Shown here piece after piece: positions 39,087 through 48,689 of a stretch of DNA of 64,000 bases (position 1 is the first letter of the stretch; the number at the start of each line of letters is the position of its first letter). The notes beneath the pieces are model-generated. The model was given only the letters and a program-made list of their open reading frames with translations, had not been told where the DNA came from and searched no databases. Origin of the DNA: an uncultured Actinomycetota bacterium (lineage in GTDB: Bacteria > Actinomycetota > Acidimicrobiia > Acidimicrobiales > Bog-793). The stretch is taken from positions 1,513 through 65,512 of the forward strand of contig CAVWVO010000004.1 of NCBI GenBank assembly GCA_963758515.1, in the 5' to 3' direction. Both the position numbers and the translations under genes were made by a program.

Positions 39087-39443
39087 GTGGCGGTGCAGGC
39101 GATCGTGACCGTGTTCTCGGCATTGGCCGACGAGACCAGGCTTGACATCGTGACCCGCCTCGCCGCCGGCGACGCCACCTTGAGCGAGCTGGCCGAGCAC
39201 TACGACATGTCCATCCAGGCGGTGTCCAAGCACCTCTCGGTGCTCGAAGACGCCGGGGTCGTGTCCCGCCGGCGCGAGGCACAGCGTCGACCGGTCCGTT
39301 TGGAAGCGGAGGTGTTCGACCTCATGACCAAGTGGATCGAGCGATATCGCCAGAACGCCGAGGTCCGCTACCAGCGTCTCGACCAGTTGCTCGCCCGACT
39401 CGACGACCAGACCCCCGACAACGACGAAGGAGCCATGACATGA
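39087..39443 (+). CDS. ArsR/SmtB-family transcriptional regulator
   Basis: FSALADETRLDIVTRLAAGDATLSELAEHYDMSIQAVSKHLSVLEDAGVV. GAGGAGGG RBS upstream. Confidence 0.85.
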   Translation: MAVQAIVTVFSALADETRLDIVTRLAAGDATLSELAEHYDMSIQAVSKHLSVLEDAGVVSRRREAQRRPVRLEAEVFDLMTKWIERYRQNAEVRYQRLDQLLARLDDQTPDNDEGAMT

Positions 39444-39976
39444 CGACCACGACCAACCGAGAGGCCAAGATCACCATCGACGACAAGACGCCGTCGATCA
39501 CGATCGTCCGGGAGTTCGACGCCCCAGCGAAGGCGGTCTACCGGGCACACACCGAACCGGAGCTGTTCGTGCAATGGGTAGGCCCTGACAGCCTCGAGTC
39601 CAGCCGCGTCGACCGCTGGGACTGCCGCACTGGTGGCGAGTGGCGCTACGTCTCGACTCGAAACGACGAGGAGCACTGGTTCCGGGGTTGCTTTCACGAA
39701 GTCCGGCCTAACGAGCTCATCGTCCAGACGTTCACCTACGAGCCGGCGGCCGACAACGTGTCGCTCGGACGCTTTGTTTTCGAGGACCTGCCGGGCGGAC
39801 GCTGCCGGCTCATAGCGACCTCGCTGGTCGACAGCTTCGAGGCCCGCGACGCGTTCGTTGCCAGTGGCATGGACGTGGGCGTCCAGGAGGGCTACCGCAA
39901 GCTCGACGCGCTCCTCGCTCGGATGATGGCGGCAGCTGCGGTCGACGAGCCGAGGAACACATCATGCGAGAACTGA
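39440..39976 (+). CDS. SRPBCC / AHSA1-domain protein
   Basis: ATGA-type overlap with the ArsR gene. ITIVREFDAPAKAVYRAHTEPELFVQW pattern. Confidence 0.8.
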   Translation: MTTTTNREAKITIDDKTPSITIVREFDAPAKAVYRAHTEPELFVQWVGPDSLESSRVDRWDCRTGGEWRYVSTRNDEEHWFRGCFHEVRPNELIVQTFTYEPAADNVSLGRFVFEDLPGGRCRLIATSLVDSFEARDAFVASGMDVGVQEGYRKLDALLARMMAAAAVDEPRNTSCEN

Positions 39977-40569
39977 TCGTCGACTTCATCACGTCCCTAG
40001 ACGGGTACGCGACAGCAGAGGGCTGGCCGGGGTGGTGGGGCCTCGAAGGCCCCGAGTACCTCGGCTGGCTCGACGAGCGACCCAATGCCACGCTGCTCAT
40101 GGGTGCGAACACGTACCGGCTGATGTCGGGCTTTGCCGCCGGCGCCACCCCGGCGGGGACCGACGAGTTCTCCTCCGCTGAGGAGGCCTCGATCAGCGGT
40201 ATCACCGGAGCGTCGAAGGTGGTGTTCTCGTCCACCCTCGAAGAACCGCTTTCTTGGGCGAACACGACCCTCGTACGCGGCGACGCTGTCGAAGCGGTGC
40301 GGGCGATGAAGGCGGACGGGCCGGGCCTCCTGAGCACGATCGGCAGTCTCAGCCTGTGCCGGTCGCTGCTACGAGCCGGAATCGTCGACCGGTTCCGGGT
40401 CGTCATCTTCCCGGTCATCACCGGCGCCAGCGGCTCAGAACGCATCTACGACGGTTACCCCGACGTCGCGCTCGACATGATCACCAGCAGAACCTTCGAC
40501 GGGCGGAGCCAACTCGTGGAGTACCGTCCACGCGTCCTCGAACACTCACCGCTCGACGCCACAGCGTGA
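39964..40569 (+). CDS. Dihydrofolate-reductase-like (RibD C-terminal domain) family protein
   Basis: MRELIVDFITSLDGY...LLMGANTYRLM...STIGSLSLCRSLLRAGIVDRFRVVIFPVITG. Confidence 0.8.
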   Translation: MRELIVDFITSLDGYATAEGWPGWWGLEGPEYLGWLDERPNATLLMGANTYRLMSGFAAGATPAGTDEFSSAEEASISGITGASKVVFSSTLEEPLSWANTTLVRGDAVEAVRAMKADGPGLLSTIGSLSLCRSLLRAGIVDRFRVVIFPVITGASGSERIYDGYPDVALDMITSRTFDGRSQLVEYRPRVLEHSPLDATA

Positions 40570-40879
40570 TGGGCACGAGGTCGACGCTCGTCGTCCGGGG
40601 CCCGAACTTGCACGGAGTAGGCGCCCACCGCTCAACGTCGCTGTCGCAACAGATACGCAGAGAAGGCCGATCTACACTCGTCGGTTCAAATCGGGCATGA
40701 GACCGATGGCTCACCTCGCTGCCAACAACCAACCCCCAGCTCAGCGGACGGTTGTAGCTACGAGACAGCTACGGCCTTGATTTGCGCGTTAGCCCTCGTT
40801 TTGAAGACCGATCGATCTCGACCATCGCGTACGGGTACGGGTTTGGCGACCTCAGTGGCTTCAACCACTTCAAAGAGCG

Positions 40880-41150
40880 GCGGTGACCTGCTGACGGTTG
40901 GCCGTGGGTAACAAAGTTGGATATCAACGCAATCCGACTGCCGTCGACACGGTCCGCCCTGGACAGACAATGAGTCCAGCTCAGACCATCCAGGCCGACG
41001 AGGCCTGCCAGTTAGACAGCTCGAAGGGGCGGGCCGGGTGTCGCCGGTTCGAGTCCGGTCAGCTCCACTAAAGCACTGGTCAGAGGCCCTTTATTATTGT
41101 CTGTGGAGAGACAAATGTGGCGTGGGGTATCAAACCGGGCATCAACCGGC
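40880..41150 (+). mobile_element. attP-like module C (more diverged; only the T arm and acceptor part of the tRNA-like core is kept)
   Basis: GTGGGTAACAA and TTGGATATCAA at 40904 and 40917. GCCGGTTCGAGTCCGGTCAGCTCCA ends at 41067. TGGGGTATCAA and CGGGCATCAA at 41123 and 41136. The downstream flank aligns with module A (AAAGC.CTGGTCAGAGGCC..TTATT.TTG.CTGT). Confidence 0.55.
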
Positions 41151-41357
41151 CACGAATGACGCGCCGAACTGGGACGGGTCGAAGTCTTGCGAGAGTCGTA
41201 GGGCTGGCAACGAACTCCGTGCCGGATGCCCGCGCCGTAGTTGGCTACAGCGATCGCTGTCGCTCAACACTTGTTGCATCGCAGTGGTGCCCGGGTACAG
41301 CTACGCGCCTCGCGGCTGAGGGTTACGGCTGGGACGGCCCTCCTGCCATCCGCCACA

Positions 41358-41945
41358 TCATCGCGGCGAAAGAGTTCCCTCCCAGTTCTCGCTGGCGCCG
41401 ACCGACATCGTGTCGAACTGGATCGTTCCTGAACCGGAATCGCTTGCGAACTTCCCCGTTCCCGACAAAACCGTAAATGTCCTCCGCGTCGCGCTGATTA
41501 CGCCAAGACACAGGTATGGAGCCTTGACCCTCACAAGTAGGTCTCCTCGGTGAAACATAAGCCTCTCGACGAATGCGTGGGAAGCCCCGCAGCGCCAGTT
41601 GCCTTGCGGGTACTCCACATCCAGAACCGGCGCAACCGTCGCTGTACCCAACTGGGGAGAATGACCGGCTTCGACCAAGACGAAGCACTGAGCGGCCTTA
41701 GATGTTCGGGGCGGGCAGGCAACGCTGGCGGAGTTCCGCACCGAATCCTGCGTGGTGAGGGTGAAAAAACCCTTTGGACTGGGTGGCACCAGAGTCGTGT
41801 GAGGAGCAGCGGTCGTGTCCACGTGTGTCGAGGAGCTGGACGTTGCTGAGCCGCATGCGGTCGCAAGGATGGCCACGGTCACGGTAGTTATGGATGGGAA
41901 CGCCAACCTGCGGTGCGACGCCATTGACATCGAAGTCTGTCTCAT
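41358..41945 (-). CDS. Hypothetical lipoprotein
   Basis: Signal peptide with lipobox VAILATACGS. 195-aa ORF. Family not recognised. Confidence 0.55.
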   Translation of the reverse strand: MRQTSMSMASHRRLAFPSITTVTVAILATACGSATSSSSTHVDTTAAPHTTLVPPSPKGFFTLTTQDSVRNSASVACPPRTSKAAQCFVLVEAGHSPQLGTATVAPVLDVEYPQGNWRCGASHAFVERLMFHRGDLLVRVKAPYLCLGVISATRRTFTVLSGTGKFASDSGSGTIQFDTMSVGASENWEGTLSPR

Positions 41946-41989
41946 AGGCCAACAGCGAAGCGAGCGACCGCTTCATCTCACGAGGCTTC

Positions 41990-42190
41990 CCGTCCGCGCG
42001 GTGCCGAGCCGCCGACCCGGTCGCGCCTCCGGACAACGCCGAGTACCTGAAGTACGTCGACTTCATGCGGGCCAACGGGGTCCCGAACTACCCGACCCCG
42101 GCGCCGAAGGCAAGACGAACTTCAACGGCACCGGCGTCGACCCTAACAGCCCCTTCGTCGAGAAGGTCAACCAGGTGTGCGGCAAACAGA
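41990..42190 (+). pseudogene. Fragment of a small secreted Cys-containing protein (..MRANGVPNYPDPG..GVDPNSP..C motif family), frameshifted near 42094
   Basis: YLKYVDFMRANGVPNYP is in one frame and DPGAEGKTNFNGTGVDPNSPFVEKVNQVCGKQ is in another. No start or signal peptide. Confidence 0.3.
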
Positions 42191-42194
42191 TCGT

Positions 42195-42700
42195 GCGCGC
42201 CATCTTGGTAGATCAGCGGCACGGGTCCGGCGGGAGACATCACCGTGCCGGCTGGGCGGCGAGCAGCGTACTGAAGCCCTCACGCACCATTTCCTGGTCA
42301 TCGGCGATGAGGCAGGTGATGGTCACTGGTGCTCTTCCGCCGTCGTATCGCCACCGTCGTCCTCGAGCGATCGCTGCCCCGTTACGAGCGGCATACCTCG
42401 CAGCCGCAAGCACGCTGCTACGAGGAAGCCACCCTTATCGGTCGGTCCGGCGCTGAGAGAGCCACCAAGGAGCGCAACCCGCTCCTGCATGCCGACGAGC
42501 CCGAGGCCCGGCCCTCACCGTTGGAACCGAGCCCGGTGGCTGCCCCCGGCCGTTTCGCACCCCGAGTCTCAGCGAGTCGGCGTCCCGCTCAACCTTGACC
42601 AGGACGTCGGACCCGCCCGCGTGGCACCTGCATTGGACCGCGCTTCCTGGATGATTCGGTAGGCGCGTACCTCCACCGTGGCCGTTGACTGGGCTGCCGC
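42195..42700 (-). pseudogene. Wreck of a HisKA_3 histidine kinase C-terminus plus the first ~30 aa of a NarL-type response regulator
   Basis: Minus-strand reads: ..YRIIQEA.SNA.., ..GLGLVGMQERVALLGGSLSAGPTDKGGFLVAA.L.., then VTITCLIADDQEMVREGFSTLLAAQP followed by nonsense. Confidence 0.5.
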
Positions 42701-43149
42701 CTGGCAGCGTTCGCCGGCGGGATCGCCTTCAGGAACAGGGACCTGGTGGGAGGAGGTAGGCGAGGAGTGGCAACAACCGCCCTAGCTCGTGCTCGTATCC
42801 CGTGGCGAGCTCAGGACACCAGCCGAAGAAGCGTCAGCCGGCGGCCCCGGCAGCTCGCGCTGACGGTCCTTCGGGTTTGGTCAGGAGGCGATCGTCATCA
42901 ACCTCGACAACTAGTCGGGGCCTGCCCCGGTGAGAACACGTCGGCGACGGCATGCCGTAACATCAAAGCTCCAGCGGGCTGTGCGGCCGCCTGACTCGGA
43001 GCGTCCTTGCCGACCCTGAGGCCCTTTCCAGCCCGACCCCGCGACGATAGGCCGGCAGGAACAGCGAGGAGGCCCGTGACGGCATCGAAGATCGACTCAT
43101 CGACTGCCCCGTCACCGCTGACGCCCGCTCCGAGCCATCCGGTACCGGC

Positions 43150-44283
43150 ATGAGGTGGCGCCGCGAGCGGCCTGGTCGGCGGCCGAGCCGGGGGCCGGCC
43201 TTGCTTTGTGGGGTTGTGGTCGCCGCCTCCTTGCTGGCGGCCTGTTCTTCGGCCGATGGCAGTGCGAGCACGACAACCCCCACCCCGAAGAGCAGCGTGG
43301 CGGCACCATCATCGGCGACGTCAACACATGACACCGACCCACCCATCTCGAAGCCGGCGACTCCTGGTCGAGCCAAGCATCGGGCAGTACGTCGCCACCT
43401 CAAGTCCGATCCTGTTGCCACGGGCTCGAACGAGACCTCCTTACTCCCCCTCCCGGAGCCGAGGAGGTTGCGGCCGTTCTCGCCTGGCCTGCCCGGAGAA
43501 GGACTGTGGCGCCCGGTGGGTCGCCGGGTAGGAGGAGCGCCCGCCGTGTTCGAAACGTTCCTGCGGCCGCCTGGATCGGGCCTGGCGGCAGGGGTCGCCT
43601 GGATGGACCCGAGGCTGCTGCGGGCCCAGCTCTACTCGGGGAGCGGAAGCCCCGGAGCCGGCCCGTGGAAACTGACAGCGCCGATCGGCACCGCGGCGGC
43701 CCGTTCACTTGTCGCAGCATTCAACGGAGGGTTCAAGTTCCCGGCGGCAGAGGGGGGCTACTTCGCCGAAGGCCGCCTCGTCTACCCTCTGCGGGCTGGC
43801 GGAGCATCCCTCGTCATCTACCGGAACGGCGGTGCCACCGTCGGGGAGTGGGGGCGGGACGTCCAGATGACCCGCGATGTGATCGCCGTCCGTCAAAATC
43901 TCACGCTTCTCGTGGATCATGGCCAGGTGGTTCCGGGCCTCAATCCGTACGACATCTCTCAGTGGGGTTCAACCCTCGGCAGCATCCCGAACGTGTGGCG
44001 CTCAGGTCTGGGCATCAGGGCGGACGGCTCCCTCGTGTACGTGGCGGGCCCTTCGCTCGAGATCACGCAGCTCGCTGCCCTGCTCGCCCGAGCCGGCTGC
44101 GTCAGGGCGATGACGCTCGACATGAACCCGGACTGGACGGTGTTCGCCGCTTACAGCCCCGCCCCGGGGGGATTGGCCAAGCCTGCCAACGGCAGCGACC
44201 TGCTCGCCGGTATGGTCCAGCAGCCTTACACGTTCTTCGAGACGTGGTGGGGGCGGGACTTCATCACCATGTCAGCTCGTTGA
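43150..44283 (+). CDS. Phosphodiester glycosidase (NAGPA/DUF2233) family lipoprotein
   Basis: Lipobox LLAACSS, low-complexity linker, then VAAFNGGFKF...IRADGSLVYV..LDMNPDW. Confidence 0.8.
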   Translation: MRWRRERPGRRPSRGPALLCGVVVAASLLAACSSADGSASTTTPTPKSSVAAPSSATSTHDTDPPISKPATPGRAKHRAVRRHLKSDPVATGSNETSLLPLPEPRRLRPFSPGLPGEGLWRPVGRRVGGAPAVFETFLRPPGSGLAAGVAWMDPRLLRAQLYSGSGSPGAGPWKLTAPIGTAAARSLVAAFNGGFKFPAAEGGYFAEGRLVYPLRAGGASLVIYRNGGATVGEWGRDVQMTRDVIAVRQNLTLLVDHGQVVPGLNPYDISQWGSTLGSIPNVWRSGLGIRADGSLVYVAGPSLEITQLAALLARAGCVRAMTLDMNPDWTVFAAYSPAPGGLAKPANGSDLLAGMVQQPYTFFETWWGRDFITMSAR

Positions 44284-44903
44284 GCGAACGAGGAAGCCCC
44301 TCGCGTCGGCGACGCCCCGACGCGGCCGGCGGGATCGAGGCCAACGCGAGGCTGACGGCTTCGACAGGAGCCCTCCTTCTCGTCCTTCTCGCCGCCGAGG
44401 GCGCCACCATCCCGAGTGTCCGCCAGCTGATCACGCCGCACGTGTTCATAGGCATGATCCTCGTGCCCCCCGTGTTCCTGAAGATTGCTTCGACGAGTTA
44501 CCGCTTCGTCCGCTATTACAGGGGGGCCCCTCTGTATCGGCAGAAGGGGCCACCGCCGGCCCTGCTCCGGCTCCTCGGCCCGTTCGTCGTTGTGCTCACG
44601 CTCGTCGTCCTCGCCAGCGGCATCGCCTTGCTCCTGGCGGGCAGCCGATGGCGCCAGGACCTCCTCTTCGTGCACAAGGTGAGCTTCGTGCTCTGGTTCG
44701 CCGCAATGACCGTCCATGTTCTCGGGCACGTTCGGGACACTGCTCGGCTGGCGCCGCGGGACTGGTCCCGCCGGACGAGCTACGAGATCGGCGGCGTGGG
44801 ACTTCGCCAGTGGCTGCTCGTCGCAAGCGTCGTTGGCGGCGTCGTGGTGGGCCTCCTTGTCGTCTCGAAGGTGGGCAATTACATCGCGATCAGCAGTCCT
44901 TGA
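44280..44903 (+). CDS. Hypothetical membrane protein (4 TM-like spans)
   Basis: The open frame continues from the upstream stop. The TTG start at 44280 is tentative. Hydrophobic spans LLLVLLAAEG, FIGMILVPPVFL, PFVVVLTLVVLASGIALLL, SFVLWFAAMTVHVLG. Confidence 0.5.
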   Translation: MSERGSPSRRRRPDAAGGIEANARLTASTGALLLVLLAAEGATIPSVRQLITPHVFIGMILVPPVFLKIASTSYRFVRYYRGAPLYRQKGPPPALLRLLGPFVVVLTLVVLASGIALLLAGSRWRQDLLFVHKVSFVLWFAAMTVHVLGHVRDTARLAPRDWSRRTSYEIGGVGLRQWLLVASVVGGVVVGLLVVSKVGNYIAISSP

Positions 44904-45049
44904 GCCGGGTGCCGCCTCGCCGGCGATACCGGTTGTCAGTTCGGGCGAGGCCGCCGTCACCGGGTGCCGGGCGCTCTCTCGGGTACGCCGGGCACCGGTA
45001 ACGTCTCTGTGGGCTCGGCCTTCTCGACCCCACGTCCCTCGTCACCTAG

Positions 45050-45247
45050 TCCGGCTACGCCGCCATCTTCATCCTGTGCGTCCTGCAGTCCTGCTGCGAT
45101 CCACCGTCGTCCGAGTTGACGATGGGCGTGGCCGGAGCTCTCGCCGCCACCGGCAAGCTCAACCTCGCCGCCGTGATCGCCATCGGCACCGCGAGCGAGG
45201 TCGGCGCCTACATCGCCTGGTTCGTCGGCACTCGACGCTTTTTGTAA
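45050..45247 (+). pseudogene. DedA/SNARE-associated family fragment (~65 aa)
   Basis: GYAAIFILCVLQSCC.PPSSELTMGVAGALAATGKLNLAAVIAIGTASEVGAYIAWFVG, bounded by an in-frame TAG at 45047 and TAA at 45245. Confidence 0.5.
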
Positions 45248-45807
45248 GAGAAGCGGGCGCCGGGAAGGTGCCAGTAACCGATCAGGTTCTCGCACGCCCC
45301 CGGCCCGATCCACGCGGCGTGGGCGGGTGAGGCTTTCAGGCTGAGGAGAATGGCGCTCAGAGCCCGGCCTGAGCGCCTGATGATCTGTGAGGTGGGGCGG
45401 GAAACCCGATGAGGCGGTCCACGTAATCTGCCGCGCGGTCCGGCAAGGAGCCGGTCTTCATCCGCAGATAGGCGCACTCGGGAAAGAAGAGCGGCAGCGC
45501 CCGTCCCGTTGGGTCCGTGATGATCGCCTCCCACAACGGCCTCAGCCGGCTGGGGAGCGCCGGCCCGAGCGGAGGTTCCACGTGCGTCTGTGGGAGGCGC
45601 CCCGGCTCGGTCGTCGCCGTGGTAGCCGAGGGGAACAGCCGTCGGCGCTCCGCTCGTGGAAGTTGCCGGCAGGCTCGTGGTCGTCGCCGCCGGCAGGCTC
45701 GTTGGCGCTCGACTGACTTCGCCGGCGCTGAAGCCGCGCACGCTGAAGCCCCGCAAGCGGTGGCGACACAGGCGGCCGCCACCGAGCCAGCATGCGAGAT
45801 CGGAACC

Positions 45808-46280
45808 TCAGCCCGTCGCCGGATGGGTTGGGAAGGTACCGTGCGGACCGAGCAGGTCGAAGCCGTCGGGGGTGTTGAGAAGCCCCGGCGCTGTTCCGGG
45901 GACGCCGCTCTTACCGTATTGCCACACGAGGGCGCCGGTGGCAGGATCGACGGCCACCATGCGATGGTTGTAGTCGTCATTGGCCATGAGGACGCCCGAA
46001 GGTAGCTGCTCGACGAGGGAGGGATGGTTCAGCTCGCCCGGCCCGGACGTCGGCCCGTACCTGTAGAGAATCCGACCCTGGCGGTTGAACTCCACAAAGG
46101 CCGACCTGTATATTCGTTGCCGAAACTGGGAACTGCCTGTGTCTCAGCGGCACCGTCGCTGAAAGTCCGATGCCTGAAGCCGATATTCCCTGCCAGTCCC
46201 AGGTGGCACTGCACCCCTCCTCGACAGGCGTCACCGGCACGAGCCCGACAGATGGGGCGCCCGCTTGTCCAGGGATCAAC
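45808..46280 (-). pseudogene. Beta-propeller-type repeat protein fragment, frameshifted
   Basis: EFNRQGRILYRYGPTSGPGELNHPSLVEQLPSGVLMANDDYNHRMVAVDPATGALVWQYG. The upstream part is readable only in other frames. Confidence 0.3.
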
Positions 46281-46298
46281 CCCTGAAAGAGGTCAGAG

Positions 46299-46796
46299 AT
46301 GATCCGCTCGATCGTAGGGTTTCACGCTGACGCCGACGGGGACTGGGTGGCGGAGCTCTCCTGCTGGCACAACCAGCACGTTCGCCACCGGCCTCCTTTC
46401 CAGGAGCGGGCCTGGGTCGTGGACCCTGTGGGACGAGACGCCCACCTCCAGTCCTCCATTGAATGCCCCCTCTGTGACCGGGCAGAGCTGCCCGAGGGGC
46501 TGACCGTCCTCGAGCGCGCCGGCCCGTGGGACGAGCATTCCTTACCCGAGGCGCTCCGCCGCAGCCATCGAACACCGAAGCAGCGATGGGGCCGACTGCA
46601 GGTTCACTCCGGTGCAGTCGACTTTCAGTTTCTGCCGGACAATGCCCCAGGCGGTCCGCTCCTGCATCTCCTCGAGGGATCGCACCAGGCCATTCCCCCT
46701 CATCTCTCTCATCGGGTCCTCCTGATCGGGCCGACCCGTGTGGAGCTCGAGTTCTTGGGGCGGCGCAACGAGCAGGGACCAGGACTGGCCCGTTAG
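46299..46796 (+). CDS. DUF3565 / DUF1971-type (TehB-related) fusion protein
   Basis: IVGFHADADGDWVAELSCWHNQHVRHRPPFQERAWV...IECPLCDRAELPEGL, then WDEHSLPEALRRSHRT..WGRLQVHSGAVDF. Confidence 0.7.
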   Translation: MIRSIVGFHADADGDWVAELSCWHNQHVRHRPPFQERAWVVDPVGRDAHLQSSIECPLCDRAELPEGLTVLERAGPWDEHSLPEALRRSHRTPKQRWGRLQVHSGAVDFQFLPDNAPGGPLLHLLEGSHQAIPPHLSHRVLLIGPTRVELEFLGRRNEQGPGLAR

Positions 46797-46941
46797 GAAT
46801 CGTGCGGAGGTCTTTGCCCACCGACCTCGGCCGGCTGGGAGCAACTGCCCGCCCTTCCGTCGAGGCCCCGACGTCGGATTCCACAGTATTCGTGATGCTC
46901 GCCACTAGGGGGACAAAGTGGAGGCGGAGTTCTCCAGCCCT

Positions 46942-47133
46942 CGATCGATGTACCTCTACCGCACTGAAGCGGCGTCCCCCGTAGCTGGCGTTAGCCCGTT
47001 GGGTATCAAACTTGGCTATCAACACTCGCCTACCCACCGCCATCGCGCGCCAACGTGACAGACATAAGGCGCAGTTCAAGCGGTTGTTAGCCACCTGAAG
47101 CAAACCTTCCGACATCCTGGAGAGGCTTTGCAA
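46942..47133 (+). mobile_element. attP-like module D, truncated inside the anticodon-loop sequence
   Basis: TTGGGTATCAA and TTGGCTATCAA at 46999 and 47012, followed by the conserved block. Similarity ends after GGCTTTGCAA at 47133. Confidence 0.55.
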
Positions 47134-47560
47134 CGCGCCGTTGTCTCGTCCCCGCCGCCTTGGCATCGTTGATGTTGTCGATTTGGTAGCGCTGCAGACT
47201 GTTCGAGAGCTTGTCGAAGAAGGCCTCCGCAGCGGCATCGGCCGCAAGCGCCGCTGCGAAATCTTCGGGAACGTGGACCTCACTCGTCGTATCGGCGATC
47301 GCCAAGGTGACCCGGATGGGGTCTCCTCCGCTCGGGCCTGTCTCCTTGCGAACGGCGGCGCTGATGGCGATCATGTGCCTCCACGCACATCACCCCGACG
47401 TCGAGCGGTACTGATAGCCGTTCGCGTCGACGATTACTGCCGGTCGACTCCCAGCGCCCGGTCGCTCGATCACGTCCTCGGGAACCACGATTCCATGTGT
47501 TGTTGCCCGTCGCCGTCACCGTCGTCTCGAATGTCACACTGGCATGCCAGACGTTGCTCC
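47087..47560 (-). pseudogene. DUF1905 / YdeI-type protein, frameshifted, with its 3' end replaced by module D sequence
   Basis: VTFETTVTATGNNT.. (another frame) and MIAISAAVRKETG...FFDKLSNSLQRYQIDNINDAKAAGTRQRRVA. The last 15 codons (from the K in AKPLQDVGRFASGG) plus the stop are encoded by the reverse complement of module D. Confidence 0.55.
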
Positions 47561-47914
47561 TTCTCGCGGGGACCTGCCGCAGTGGATGTCGCCTTGACTG
47601 CTCGAAGGGGCCTGTCCATCCCACGGATCGGACCCGTCGGGCTCGTCGTTGCAACTACGCGCCGCCGGTCGGGGACCGGCTCCCCACGATGGGGCGACAT
47701 TGCCTGCGAGCGTCCAACCGACGAGCGCGTTCGCGTGCCCGTGGCCCATTCCGTGCTCGGTCTTCAAGAAGCCGACGATCTCCATGTGCTTCTCGAGACC
47801 ACAATCGACAACGATCCGCTGCCACTCGGGGATTGAGCGGCCGTATTTTTTCTCAATGGAAGGAAAGTACGATGTGGGGCCTTCCTTTGGCCAAGACGTA
47901 CCTGGACTAGCCAT
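47534..47914 (-). CDS. DUF4287-domain protein
   Basis: SYFPSIEKKYGRSIPEWQRIVVDCGLEKHMEIVGFLKTEHGMGHGHANALV. The C-terminal ~50 aa are low-complexity and may be read-through. Confidence 0.65.
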   Translation of the reverse strand: MASPGTSWPKEGPTSYFPSIEKKYGRSIPEWQRIVVDCGLEKHMEIVGFLKTEHGMGHGHANALVGWTLAGNVAPSWGAGPRPAARSCNDEPDGSDPWDGQAPSSSQGDIHCGRSPREGATSGMPV

Positions 47915-48258
47915 GTTGAGGGTTCTCCTTGCTCACGTAACAGCTAGTTGTTCGACGGGGTGGTCCCGCCGATCTCATCGGTCGTAACGCCCACTCCTCC
48001 CGCGCAAGTCGATCAGGCCGTCTATCCGACGTCAACGACCGGACCTGCACGCGCTGACAGTCAGCGCATCTGCCACCTGTCCCCAAAGATCAGCTCAGCT
48101 ACAGCCACGGGCCATCCCTAAGCGTCGGCAGGGCGCACCCGCTATGGCCGGACGGCGGCCTTCCGAGTACCGGCAGTCGGCTCCACCGCGCCCACCTCCA
48201 CGAGCGGCTCACACGTGCGCGCGGCGTCGGGCACGGGTGCTTTCCAGGTTCGACTGGC

Positions 48259-48591
48259 TTAGGAACCTTCCGACTCTAGTAGCCCCGATTCCGGACGGAG
48301 CGAGAGCGCCAAGCGTGGCATGACGAACGACATGAGAAAGATCGGCAAGAACCTCTTTCCGGTGCATCGGAATGCGACGACCTGGGCCTCGGCCGCGTCG
48401 AAGGTCAGAGTGCGGCTCAGGTTTCGCCCGTTGCGGACTTGCAGAGTGTGATGCCCGACTGCGATTGGTATCTCGATCATGTCGTTCATTTCGAGCGACC
48501 CGACACGCTCACCGTCGACCACGACGTCGTACGCGCCACGACGTACCTCGACTCCAATCGCCTTATGCGTCAACTTGAGAGTTGCCGACAT
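48259..48591 (-). CDS. Hypothetical small protein with a C-terminal hydrophobic segment
   Basis: MSATLKLTHKAIGVEVRRGAYDVVVDGERVGSLEMNDM.., in an AT-richer patch. Family not recognised. Confidence 0.45.
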   Translation of the reverse strand: MSATLKLTHKAIGVEVRRGAYDVVVDGERVGSLEMNDMIEIPIAVGHHTLQVRNGRNLSRTLTFDAAEAQVVAFRCTGKRFLPIFLMSFVMPRLALSLRPESGLLESEGS

Positions 48592-48689
48592 CTTCAGCCT
48601 CCCTTCGCCGCCCTGTGGCTCGCAACGGGCCGAGCGCACTCCCGTCGATCTTTCTCGGCGCCCCGTTCGACGAACTCGCAAACACGGGG

